In this document: positions 27,701 through 39,735 of the stretch, in pieces
Layout: each line of letters begins with the position of its first letter
Numbering within the stretch: the first letter of the stretch is position 1
Assembly (NCBI RefSeq): GCF_000315625.1
Contig: NW_005434631.1
Location: 186,001-250,000, forward strand
Direction of reading: 5' to 3'
Source: Guillardia theta CCMP2712
Taxonomy: Eukaryota > Protista > Cryptophyta
Length of the DNA stretch: 64,000 nucleotides
Translations under genes and position numbers: made by a program
Notes under the pieces: model-generated
Seen by the model: the letters and a program-made list of their open reading frames with translations, nothing else
Told to the model about the DNA's origin: nothing
The model's database searches: none

Positions 27701-28292
27701 CCTGGTGGAGATGTCAGGACTTGACGTTCCTCTCGTTCCTTCCTCTAACCCTTTGTGAATGTATGAAACAGATGGATGAAGGTCTTTGGAAGATAGTCAG
27801 CTAAATTTCCACGTGTCATTTCATGAACTAGCAGCCATGTTCAAGCTCACTGTCCTCCACCTCTATCAATGCCGCGCACTCATTTGGAAAAGTCAGGAGG
27901 CTGGTGCAATTGACCGCCTTCAACTCCTGCACGAGAATATGTTGGTTGGTTCCATTGCCCTCGTCATGCTCATCAATCGCTCTTCCTCCTCGCCCCTTAA
28001 TCTCGGGTCCCACATTTTTCCTCCTCTCCTCCCTTCTAGGACCTTCTTGCTTCGGAATATGAGAGGAAGGGGGAAGGGGGAAGGGGGGCAGGGGGGGAGG
28101 GAGGAGGGAAGGAGGGAGGAGGTGACGAGGGGAGGAGGGAAGGAGGGAAGGAGGGAAGGATACAGAGACGGGAAGGAGGGGAGAAGGGAAGGAGTGGAGC
28201 AGGGGAGGAGAGCAAAGAGTCCCTCTCCTTCCTGTCCTCACCTCCTCCACCGCTCCCCGCAGCCCATCGCCATGCACGCCGAAGAAGTGCAT
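24701..28292 (-). CDS. THUMP-domain RNA (m2G-type) methyltransferase, THUMPD2/THUMPD3/Trm14-like, multi-exon, with C-terminal extension
   Basis: THUMP-like segments WRVSAARGYDAAHDFTHPE..VGDAI and VSLTDFEKEIFVWVG. MTase motif I ILDPMCGVGT (~26960-26985), GSDV, motif IV DIIIVDPPWGHRHG (~26505-26548) and GILLVVT. Confidence 0.75.
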
Positions 28293-28399
28293 TGATTAAA
28301 GAACTTTGCGGGTATAATCACGGCCCGCCTCAGGTTTATCAAGAGCTTTTTGGAGGACAGCAATTATCTCTTAGCTTGGCAGCGAAACAGGATGCCCCC

Positions 28400-30600
28400 A
28401 TGGTGAGGCGGGCTGTGTTCACGGGAATGCAGAGAAGCGCCTCATGGGCGGTGGCCGCCTGCATGCTGCTGGCGGGCTTCGGGGCGGGACATGCGGGTAG
28501 GAGAGGATGGGGGAGAGCTGTGAGAGAGGGAATGACATGGTCGTCCATGGAGGAGGAGGAGTTGACGTCCAGAGACTCGTCGACTTGGACCTCAGGTTGG
28601 CTCGCAGCCCAGTGTGGGACTGTGTCAATGACCGGCTCCACTTTGCGGTGAGGCCCCTTGCGGCGCCATGGAGGAGGAGGAGATGTGCTGATGTGCCGTC
28701 TGAAGGATGTGCTGGGAGAGAAGGTCCTGTCTTACAGCCCTGCGACTAGCAAGTGTCAGGTACGTCGGTCATGACACGATGGCCCACCGAGATCTTACGG
28801 CATGTTTTGTCAGTCGATCGACATGCAAGAGTATGTAGGTTGTGTGGTGAGTGAGACTGTCCTATGCATGCTGAAAGTGCTGGGGAAAGTGATCGATATC
28901 CATGAATTTTCAGTCTCTTTATCAAAAAGACAGGATATTCGCTGTTGGCACAGAGAAGGTTTATCAGGTCCATTCATCGTCTTGTATGTTTTCTTTCAAG
29001 TCACTGTACTTTCAAGCTCATCTTTAACGACGAGTTCGAAGAGAGAGTGCCGCTCCATTGCGCCATCCTGCCGCCATCGGAGTGTGTGGTACCTGCACAA
29101 ACCCTGTTGCACCTGTGCCCCTGAGCCTTCTCTGTGCAGCAAATCAAGCAGGGAGAAGACGTTTTCATCCAGTCACCAGACGGTGAGGGATATAGTGTGA
29201 GGGAAGATAGGTCAGCTTGACTCCTTCTGGAAGGGTTGAACTTTGTGGAAGCAAGAAACGATCCAGAGGGAAGGTGAGTCGGTCCAGTAAGGCCCGGGAA
29301 GACCTGGAACAAACGGATCTGCTTCCAGGTTGTGGCTGGCCAATGCATACGAGCCCGACAAGGAGCCCATGTTTCCTTGCAACCCGATCGCAAAGTTGTT
29401 CTGCATTCGACCTCCAGCCGGAGTAAACCTCTCCTCCTCGCATCCGGCTGATGTTTGATCCAACGACACCGCAGTGGGCAGCCGAGGATAACCTGGACGG
29501 TCTGGTCCACCAGTACGGGCCCAACATGGTCATGAAAGAGAAGTGATCCTGCTTTTCCTGCCTTCTCGCGTCGGAACGGCTGAGATGCTTCTTCTCACCA
29601 GGTTGGTGGGCTTCCAAGGATGCCGTGGGATCGATTTCTGGGAGAGCCCGGCGGAGACAGATAGCGCGACTCGCCATCTGTTGGTTCTCAACGGCACTGC
29701 TCGGGTGAAGTTTGTTTGTAGCGTCAATCTTCCTCACCGTTGGGTTGTCGACAGGTGCTCCAGTCCTACCTGGTTCTGAAGGAGAATGGTACTGTCATTG
29801 AAGACTCCCAGAAAATCGTAAAACTTGCTCCTTGCTCGGCCAGACAGTCACTCGTGCGATAGATGCTCCAGTTTGGAAGCGAGGGGGATCAACTGATGCA
29901 GCCTGCTTGTTTCTGCATCGACAGCGAAGGTAAAAGTCGCAGGGGCTGAACTCATGGACTCACCGCGCCAAGGCAAGGTTTGGGTTGCGTTCGAAGGGAG
30001 CGAAAAGCTCGTTCGGTATGACGTGGAAACCGGAGCAGCTTTGCAGGTGGAGCAGGAGACAAGGGGGCTCATTCCTAGCCATTGATCTTGCTTTCAGCAC
30101 GTAGAACTGCCGACCAAGAGGGTGACGGGGATGGCGTTCGGCGGCGAGACATTGGAGGATCTTTATGTCACCGTCAGGTTTGAAAAGTGTCTGAAGCCAC
30201 AAGTCAGTCATGTGCCTTGCAGCATGGGCAAGCAGCAGGCCATAGGCAAAACAGGCCAGGAAGTAGGAGGAGGAGGAGGAGGAGGAGGAGGAGGAGGAGG
30301 AGGAGGAGAAGTGAGAGGTGACGAGAGTGGAGGAGGACAAGTAGGAGGAGAAGGGCGAGGTGACGAGAGTGGCGGAGGAGAGAGAGAAGGAGGAGAAGGA
30401 GAAGGAAAGGAGAAGGGAGAAGTGACGAGAGAGGAGGAGGAGAGAGTGCAGGTGAAGAGAGAGGAGGGATTCTAAGGGTGAAGATTCCCGGCATTCGAGG
30501 ACGCCGCGACCCTCACTTCGTGCACCCATTGCCGTCGAAACCAAAACTCAAGCAGAAGAAGAAATGGCAGAAGAACTTTGTTAAGAAAGCTGTCTCATAA
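28400..30600 (+). CDS. SMP-30/gluconolactonase/regucalcin-family beta-propeller protein, multi-exon
   Basis: Segments LARSPVWD, DPEGRLW, CIDSEGKVWVA, VELPTKRVTGMAFGGETLEDLYVT and VKIPGIRG. The N-terminus is hydrophobic and signal-like. Confidence 0.8.
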
Positions 30601-30952
30601 TGATCGAGGAGGGTGCGAAGGAGGAGACTAGACTCAGATAAAGAACTGATTACACTCTTACGTTTTCCCGGTGTGTCACTCTACCAGTGACTAGTTCATC
30701 TCTCTCAGTTTAAGTTCGGGGCTGGTCCCGTTCCGACAGTCCGAGCCAGTGAACAAACAGCCGCCGCAGTGAGCATCCGGGACTATCGAGACGGCTCGGT
30801 CCGATCCTATCGGGTCACACTGTCGGAGTGGCCCGGCCCGGCCCGGCCCGGCCCGGCGACTCCCGGAGCCTCAGCCGGTCAATTTTGCAGTGCAGTGCGG
30901 AACTGGCCAGTCGCAATCGGAGGGGGTTGTACAGATAGGGGCTGCCACAACA

Positions 30953-33675
30953 ATGCCGGACAGACAAGATGCTATGGAGGAGGGGGAGGGGAACGAGGGG
31001 AGGGAGAGAGAGGAGGAGAGAGAGGAAGATGACAGTGAAGGCTCATCATACGAGCATGAAGAGGATGAGGAGGTTGAGAACGCAGACTTAGATAGCGACA
31101 CGATGGTGTTGATAGACTTTGATGCTGAAGAGAGCGGGGAGCATGATACGGGGGACGACGAATCATCGTTCCCTTCGGACGATGAGGAGCACAGCATGAA
31201 CGAAGATGGCGATGTGAACGAGGAGCTCTCTCGGAGACGAACTCAGATGCTGGAGAGCATGAACTACGACCCCAACCTTCCAGCAGCCCATACCTACCTT
31301 GGGGAGAGGTCTACAGCCTCGGGCGAAGTGATAGGCATCTGCAAGGATGGAGACGTTCTGGACGTCCCTGTAGTCAGAGCAAGTCGCATCATCATGTTCC
31401 CTGGTCAGAGTGTGCCCATGATGGAGTCGAACCCCCGGCTGGTCAACCTGCTGCTGAGGATCTTGAGCGACCCCAACGAGAGGAAGCTTGTCTTCGTCAA
31501 CGAGGCCATCGCGCAGAAGGTTTGGAACCTCGAGGACCCTGCAGGATCCATAGGGACTACAGCAGAGATCCGCAGCTACTGCCACACCCCCGAGGCGCTC
31601 AACATCGTCCTGGAGGGGAGGCAACGGGTTCGAGTGCAGAAGGTCGTGGTTGTTGAGCACGTCCTCCGTGCTGTTGTCGAGGTTCGCTCCCCTTTCCCCC
31701 TGTCTTTCTTCTTCTGCTCACTCTCCTTCCTCCTGTCTTTCTCTGATCGCTCCTCCTCCTCCTGTCTTTCTCTGATCGCTCCTCCTCCTCCTGTCTTTCT
31801 CTGATCGCTCCTCCTCCTCCTGTCTTTCTCTGATCGCTCCTCCTCCTCCTGTCTTTCTCTGATTGCTCCTCCTCCTCCTGTCTTTCTCTCATCGCTCCTC
31901 CTCCTCCTGTCTTTCTCTGCTGTCGCCGCCTCCTCCGCCTCCTCCGCCTCTCTCACACAGACTCGTCGCTCAGGTCTTGCCCGAGTCGTCGCCTCCATCC
32001 GTTCCTCGCTCGCTTGCCCTTGTCAACACGAGAGCTCGAAGCTGCAGGCGCGATCGCTGCCAACCATCCTTCCTCTTCTGGCCCATGTGGGCGTTCAACA
32101 TGTACGATGCTGTAGAGCTCTGCGATAGAGCGAAGAAGCTCTTCTCAGCCATCACAGGCAACATCCCGGTTGCCTGCCCGCAGCACCCTGTCGCCTTCAG
32201 GTGATGGAGGGAGCAGGGAGGGAGACGGGAGCAGTGAGCAGGGAGCAGGGAGGAAGGAGAGAAGAAAGAGGTGGGAGCGGGGAGCGGGGGGCAGGGAGGA
32301 CAGAGGAGGGAGGGAGGACAGAGGAGGGAGGGAGGAGCAGGGAGGGAGAGGGGAGGAGATACCCGCTAAGCTGCTGCGATTCAGTTTCTGGTTGTCATCG
32401 AATCTTGTCCTGAAGGTTCTAGATCACCAGAAGCTGCTGGAGGTTCTCTTCCCCTTCCCCTTCCCCCTCCTCTCCTTCCATACCAATCTTGCCCATTCTC
32501 ACTCGCAACTCCTCGTCGTCGTCCTCCTCCTCGTCTTACTCCTCCTCATCATCTTCCTCCTCCACCTCATCTTCCTCCTCCTCCTAATCTTTCTTTTAGG
32601 CGCATTCGACCGTAGCAAGGCTCAGGATGCTGATCAACTTTCTCGAGAGGTGTGACGCGGACAAGAAAGTGGGAGGAGGGGCGAGGATGAGAGTTAAAGA
32701 GGAGGGGGAACGGAGGATGGGCAGCAGGCGACGATAGTGCTGGCCCTGATCTGGTTGTGAAGGATGGGAGCGATGACTTGCATTCGGTGCCGGATCAACA
32801 TCTGCGACTACAAGCAGGTGAAACAGTTGCGACATGTTTGATCTGAAAGCTCCTCCTTCTTCCCTCTCGTCTCAACGTCTTTCCCTGCTCCTCTTTTTCC
32901 TTGTGACAACTGCGCTGCAGTCTTTCTGCATGTCTGCTGAGGGGCCAGTGAGGTGAGAAGGAGAAAAGGAGGATGAGAAGAGGAAGAGGAAGGAGAATTC
33001 AAGGAAGAGGAGGAGGAGAAAGGAAAGATAACTGACCTATGACGTCAGCGTCTACGTCAATCCAGCTGGAGTTGTTCACTCGACTGTCACTTTCTACGCG
33101 GCGAGAAATCTCAGACTCATCGGGGAAAGGAGGTCAAAACTTCCTTCCTCTCCTCCTACTCCTACCACCACCACCACAACTACGCCCCCTCCTCCTCCTC
33201 CTCCTCCTCCTCCTCCTCCTCCTCCTCCTCCTCCTTCCTCTGTCCCTGTGTCCTGTTTCTGCTGCTCTTGTTGTACCCTGCCAATGACGTTCATTGCAAA
33301 ACCAGCACGCAACATTCATGGTTTCCTGGTTATGCATGGAGGATTGCTGTCTGCGCAAACTGCGGGACTCATATGGGATGGCGCTTCTCCTGCGTAAGAT
33401 GGAAGGAGGGGAGTGGGGAGGAGAGCAGAGCAGAGCGGAGGGGCAGAGAGGAGGGGAGAAGGAGGATCTTTGAGGAGAAGAGAGGAGAGGAGAGGAGGGA
33501 CGAGTGACGCGTTTCTTGACAGGTGAAGGAAGACTCCATCCCCAGATCCTTCTGGTCTATCTTCACTGACTTCACTCTCCCTATCGCTGAACTCGTCGAG
33601 CAGGGGATTGTGCAGGGATTCACTTCGATCGTCAATGGATGCGACAGCGTGAAGAGAGAGAGAAACGGATCCTAA
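30953..33675 (+). CDS. CRBN: Cereblon (LON-N domain + CULT thalidomide-binding domain), multi-exon
   Basis: NYDPNLPAAHTYLG; LON domain IMFPGQSVPM..IGTTAEI..GRQR; FSFWLSSNL; CULT domain CIRC..YVNPAGVVH..HSWFPGYAWRIAVCANCGTHMGWRF..FW. Confidence 0.93.
31731..31920. repeat. Intronic minisatellite of ~29-32 bp units (CTGTCTTTCTCTGATCGCTCCTCCTCCTC), ~6 copies
   Basis: Tandem units seen directly within a cereblon intron. Confidence 0.85.
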
Positions 33676-34682
33676 AATCCTCTCCGCATTCTACCCTCTA
33701 CTCCCCCTCCCCTGCCTCTCCTCTCCTCCCCTCCCCTCCTGTTTCCTTTGCTCTCCTCTCCTTTGCTCTCCTCTCCGCTCCTTTCCGCTCCTCTCTCCTC
33801 TCCGCTCCTCTCCGCTCCCCTCCCCCTACCGTCCCCTGCCCTCCCTTTATCTGTTCTTTTCCCCCTCTGCTCTGCTCTGCTCTGCTCTGCTCTCTTCCTC
33901 TTAGATGAGGCTCTCGGGCAACGGGTTATGAACAAGCGATGTCTTGCCTTGTTTGTAGATTTATGTATAGAAGACAAAACGAAACCACCCACAAGTTGCT
34001 TGTGACTCCCTGAGATCATCGTCTACCTCCTCCTCCCCCTCCCCCTCCTCCTCCCCCGCTCCCCTCCTCCTCCTCCCCCGCTCGCCCTCCTCCTCCCCCC
34101 CCGCTCCCCATCATCCTCTTCCTCCTTCTCCTTCCCTTTCACCGTCTTCTTCTGCATCATCGATTTAGTGGAAAAACAAAATCGTGTTTCAGAGACCCAA
34201 CGAGGGTAAGCAGCTTTGCGCTGCAAGTTCGAATGACAATGTTGTTGTTGCACCAGATCGATGATTGAGAAGAAGATGGTGAAAAGGGAAGCAGGATGTA
34301 CGGGAGGACAAGGACAAGGACAAGGACAAGGACAAGGACAAGGACAAGGACAACAAACAGGCAGGGAAGGAGGAGACTGTGAAAGAGGAGGAGGACGAGG
34401 AGGATCTAGTGAAGGGTTGGCAGCAGCCACCAGCGTCATCAACATCCAGGACTGAGCAGCAACGAAGTAGCTTCTCCTCGCCTCCCTTCAGCCACTCCCT
34501 CCAACTGTCGCCCGCACCTGTCGCCTCTCAAAGGCTCGAGGATGGAGAGGAGGAAAGCGCGCAGGGCAGGCAGGGAAGTGAGGAGCGACAGGAAGAGAGT
34601 CAAACTGACAGACGACGAGCAACAGGGGAGGGAAAGAAATCTTGCCGGAAATCTGCTCAAGATCCTCGCAGCTTTTCTATCA

Positions 34683-34882
<200 letters not shown>

Positions 34883-35697
34883 GAGAAAAAGTTCCACAGC
34901 ATTTGAGATTCTCAGAAACGAATCCTGGTTCGCCTCCACATGCTCCCCTTTACATCTACTCCTCTGTTCTACCATCTCCACCTCCGTCCCTTGATGTTCG
35001 TGCTGTCCTGCTCCTCGATTTCCTTTCTTCTTTCCCCTCCCTCTCAATCAACTTGCTCAAGTCTCTGTCCTCCTTCTCCACACCCCTCCTGCCCGGCCAA
35101 ACTCCTCCTCCTCCTCCTCCTCCTCCTCCTCCTCCTCCTCCTCCTCCTCCTCCTCCTCCTCCTCCTCCTCCTCCTCCTCTATCTATCTAAATCTCCTCCT
35201 CCTCGTCCTTCTTTCTGCGCTCCTCCAAGACCTCCACAAGAGATCGCCAAGACAGAAGTCAAATCATCCAACGTTGAAGGCATTCATTGCTAAATGGGCA
35301 CCAGCCTCGCGTTCCACAACAACTTTGACACGCCACGATCGTCTTGATGGCAACTCACATCGAGAGCATCTCCCTCCTCAACAACAAGCTCCTCATCCAA
35401 GGAGCTAGACCCATCCTCCTCCTCTTCCTCCTCCTCCTCCTGCTCCTCCAGCTCGCCCTCCAATCTTCCTTTTCCTCTCTTCTTGGCTCTCTCCCTGGCA
35501 CCCACATGGCCAGAAGCCCTCCCCCCCTCCCCTTGCAAGGGCAGGAGCAGCCCGTCATGCAAGGCTGAGCGGAACCATGACGTCTGTTGGCTTCTAGCAA
35601 CGGCGGGCGCACGACCCCCTGAACCTCTTGAATTCCACAAATTGCAAACGACATCAGGAGCGGTCGACGACCTGCGCTCCCTCCGCTCCCAGCACGT

Positions 35698-37215
35698 CTA
35701 CCTTCCTCCTCCTCTTCCTTGGAGCATCCCGGGCACGGTCTTCCAGTGCTTCCTCAGCATCTCCATTGCCAGGCTCACGTTGACCGTCATGGGACCCCAC
35801 TGTGTCGCGCCCTCAGGCGTGATGCCGATGTAGCGGAGCATGAGCTTGAGCGCCATGGCCATGTAGCAGACGTTGACGTGCTTCTCAGCCGGCAGGAACT
35901 CCACCACCACCGTCCCCACCCGGCATGCGATCATGTTGCTCAGTCCGGCGCCATGTGGACCGACAACAATTTTCGCTTGTCTAAACTGCATGAGCTGCTC
36001 CCGCACCTCCCCCTTCCCGTCATGCACCCGCACCTCGCAACCCTCCAGCCCCTCCCGCAGCGCCTTCACCAGCTCCTCGTGGTTCGAGATGCTCCTCGAC
36101 GCCTTCCTCCTCTGCACCACCATGACCACACACTTGTTGTTGCTCTCCCTCCTCTCCGCCTGCTCCGGGTCCTGACCCCCCAACGCCGCTCGTAGCAGCG
36201 ACATGCGCATCAGTCTCAGCGCAGGCGCTGAGGGAGTTCCGCATGGCGTCGGCTCGGGGATGTAGAGGGTCTTCGCCCCCACGAGTCCATCGACGAGCCT
36301 GCTGGAGGATATGCCGAGCAGGGCCAGTGCGCTCTGAGTGAACTGGTTCTTGGTCTTAACGTGGACCATGTAGCTTTTCTCCCTGATAGACGACAAGTAT
36401 TCGATCGCCATCGGCAGCCGGACGAGGTTCTCCCCGAAGAAGTGGTAGTAACCTTCACCCCAGTAGTGCGAGATCGTCGCCACCTTGTCGTACACGTGCG
36501 ACGGCTTTGACTTCGTGGGCGACCCACTGAGACTGGAGCATCCCTTGGTAATTATGAAGTAGCTGCCATTCTGCGCGTTGCCGTCTGGTTGTACAATAGC
36601 GTCACTCAGAATCGCCAGACTCGGGAGAGGGTCGTTCCCTTCCGGGTAAGCCGAGAAGAGCTTTGCCGCTGTCGCGAAATCCCCGGCCTTATAACTCTCT
36701 GCGATGTCATGATAGTAGGAGCGATGGGCTGACATGTCTTTAACGGTTTTCACGGAAAGTGTTCCATTCGTCATCTTCCACCAGCTGCTGGTGAATTCCA
36801 CCCAGGGGATGTTCAGTTCCGTGTTTGATGGGCTCCAGTACGCCGTCGTGACCCCGTTCTGCAATAGGATGTCCGTGAAGTTGACTTCACGGCCCAGCAC
36901 GATGCGTTTCTCAGGCTCCGAAGTGTTGGCATGGAAGACCGTGACGAAGGGATTGATCGTCCTATTCCACGACCTGAGCCCACCAATGCCGAACGCTGCC
37001 GCCCCGCCGTCCCCATTTGACAAGAGCGCCACAGGCCCTTTCACATCAGCTGCTGAGAACCCCACCTGGCCAGGGGACTGGTGCCGTTGCAGGTTGTCAA
37101 ACTGCTCGATGATGAACTTGGGGGCCTCGAAGACCTCTAGGTTCGTGCTGTAGATGTGGACGAGGAGGAAGACGGCCACCGCCATCATCCATAGCGCTAG
37201 TCGCCATTGCAGCAT
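35698..37215 (-). CDS. Glycosyltransferase family 61 (DUF563-like) type II membrane protein, single exon
   Basis: 505-aa ORF with an N-terminal TM segment, GYYHFFGENLVRL, RSISNHEEL, EQLMQFRQAKIVVGPHGAGLSNMI and VVEF. Confidence 0.88.
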   Translation of the reverse strand: MLQWRLALWMMAVAVFLLVHIYSTNLEVFEAPKFIIEQFDNLQRHQSPGQVGFSAADVKGPVALLSNGDGGAAAFGIGGLRSWNRTINPFVTVFHANTSEPEKRIVLGREVNFTDILLQNGVTTAYWSPSNTELNIPWVEFTSSWWKMTNGTLSVKTVKDMSAHRSYYHDIAESYKAGDFATAAKLFSAYPEGNDPLPSLAILSDAIVQPDGNAQNGSYFIITKGCSSLSGSPTKSKPSHVYDKVATISHYWGEGYYHFFGENLVRLPMAIEYLSSIREKSYMVHVKTKNQFTQSALALLGISSSRLVDGLVGAKTLYIPEPTPCGTPSAPALRLMRMSLLRAALGGQDPEQAERRESNNKCVVMVVQRRKASRSISNHEELVKALREGLEGCEVRVHDGKGEVREQLMQFRQAKIVVGPHGAGLSNMIACRVGTVVVEFLPAEKHVNVCYMAMALKLMLRYIGITPEGATQWGPMTVNVSLAMEMLRKHWKTVPGMLQGRGGGR

Positions 37216-37922
37216 TTCAGTCAGCTAGGCAGGGCGTCGTTCAGACTCTGGTGGCCAGGGGTGGTGGGTGGTATTTCAGTCAAGGAGGGGGGTAGAGGGT
37301 GAAGTAGGTGGAGGGGGAACCTTTGATGGGGGTGGTACTTATTCTTTTTAGTTTATTAGGACTGGGGTAATCACAGCAATTAGAGGGAAATGTTGACTAA
37401 AAACCGCACTTAAGTTGAGTCAAAAATTGGACACTTGTTGGTTGAATTAGCCAGAAGTGAGCGAAATTAAGCTAATTTTGAACAAAATCAAGTAAAATTA
37501 AGCAGTATTGTCTTAAATTAACCAGATTTTACTTAATTAGCTAATGTTTTGTTATTTTTCAATCCTACTGGTCGCCCGGGCTTCAAAACGGTCACTTACT
37601 GCTACCCCACCCAACCCAGCATTATCTACCCCCACCCCCAACTCTCATATGAAAAAGAGGGGTAACAGAGTATTCCGATTGGTTGCTACCCCCTCCGACC
37701 CAGTCCTTCTTTACCGTCCCATCGGTAACCCCTACTCCGATCTCTACCCCCTACCCTCTAGGGATTTTCAAGTCAATCCCTTCACCCCCCTCTTGCTCTC
37801 CAAATGTCACTAAACTTGATCCGAGGGGTTATCACCTCCACCCCCCATATGAACAGCCGGACCCCACCCCCCACCCCACGGGAGCATCACCCAACGAGTT
37901 TGACCCGTTCGCGCCTCTCGCC

Positions 37923-39114
37923 ATGGCGTCGCTCTTCGACTGCTGCTCGCCATCCAAGAAGGTCGTCGCCGTAGCCAAGAAGGACGTCGACGCTATCAAT
38001 GCCCCCATGTAGCCTCCCTCCTCCCTCTCCCTCCTCCCGGTCCCCTCCTCCAACACCTTCCCTCCTCCCTCTGCCCCCTTGCCCCCTCCCCCTCCCACGA
38101 CCCAGCTCCTTGGTCCCTCCCGTGCGTCCTCTAGTTATCTTCTAACCTCCTGCCACATGAAACTATCCTGTATAAGGCATGATCGTTGTCTCGCTGATGC
38201 ATCCTTGCCTTTTTACCTCTTGATTATGTTCCATTTGACTGATTCTGCCCTCTTCACAAACTGCTTTGATGTCTCGTATCTGTCCGTGCTCTCCTTGTTT
38301 CGTCTTTTGATGCTGACCGGACTAGAAACAGCCACCAGCAACCTCCTGGTATTCGTCCCTCACCATACAACCAAAACTCTCAGTACAACACTCCTGTCAA
38401 ACTGGTGATTTCCATCTCAGTGATGTTTAGTCAAGACGCCTGATCATTGCATAGCAGAGCTCGTCAAGCAGCGGCGGCTCAGAAAGCTACAACTCTGCTG
38501 GTCCTGCACAATGCCTATCTCGTGCCATGGTGTGAGAGTGAGAGTTGTTACAGCTGGAATTGGCGTGTCGTGGTTCAATGATGTTTCTACTGGATGTTTC
38601 CGTGTAGCTGGTGAGATTTCTCTGTGCTGCCATCACTTTCCCCTCTTCCCCCCCCCCCCCATATCTCCTCTCCTCTCCGCTCTTTTCCTTCCTTGTCGGG
38701 AGCTTCCTTCCCGATGCTCTTCCTCCGCTCTTCTTCTCTCTTTCTGTCATTCGAATAGACTGAACAATGGCTGCAAGGATTTACCCGGAATTCCTCCGCA
38801 GCGGAGAGCGGAGTGATACAAGCTGGCGACGTGCTGCTGGAGGTCTGGCGGGGCAGGCGAGGGAACGAACTGTTTCTTATCTTGCCACAGGTCGACGGCA
38901 TTCCAGCCATGCAGAAATCCTTGCGGGACGTTGCGATGATGATTCTGGGCCCTCCCGGGACAACTGTGACATTACGCCTGCTGCCGGTACCAACATGCCT
39001 TCGCGCTGAGAAGTGCACTGATCCTGAGAGCAGGCAAACGAGTCTCTTCCTCCTAACTCCAACAGCGTCATCAAGGAGATCACTCTCATCAGGCGCTCGA
39101 TCAGGCAGGAGTAA
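37923..39114 (+). CDS. Small PDZ-domain protein, multi-exon
   Basis: AGIGVSW, SGVIQAGDVLLE/VDGIPAMQKSLRDVAMMILGPPGTTVTLRL; N-terminus MASLFDCCS. The 3' end is approximate. Confidence 0.75.
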
Positions 39115-39735
39115 AGCCCTCCTACAGTGCTGATGGAGTGGACGAATGAGCTGGGGACAGGAAGGGAGGAGAGGATGGGCGGGGAAGGGTGAGGAGAAGA
39201 GGATGAGGATGCAACTGTAGGGAAGGAGAGAACAGGAGGAGCACTCAGATCACTGTGAAATGTGAGATTGCTGCGACGAGGAGGAGAAGCAGCGGAATGG
39301 TCTTGTAACATGCGATATCTCAATAAGATAAATGCGAGAATCATGTCATGTTTCCAGACACCTGACGAGAGAATGGGAGTGGTGAAGGAGGGTTGTCGTC
39401 AAGCCGCAGTTGAAAGTGGTGGAATCAGGGTGGAATGCAAGGCGAGTCAAGAGGACGGAGACAGCGCGATAGAGGGGGAGTGAGTGAGGAGGGCGGGTTG
39501 GGAGGGGGGTGGGAAGAGGGAAGAGAGGAGGCATTGAGACACAAGCAGGGAGTAGTGGATGGTTTATTCTACATGGACGGCATCACTGGAGATGAGGAGA
39601 GGGAGACAAACATGGAGCATGTCGTCCGATCTCCTTGTCAAACGCCACGCACGCCTGCTCGCACTCTCAGCACCTCCCACGCCCTCGCACGAACACGCTT
39701 CACCTTCATCCTGCTCGCACTCCTTGTAACGGTCG

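Noticed and set aside
31731-31920. ~30-bp repeats superficially like a CRISPR array
   Set aside because: Direct tandem units with no unique spacers, inside a eukaryotic intron, and no cas genes nearby.
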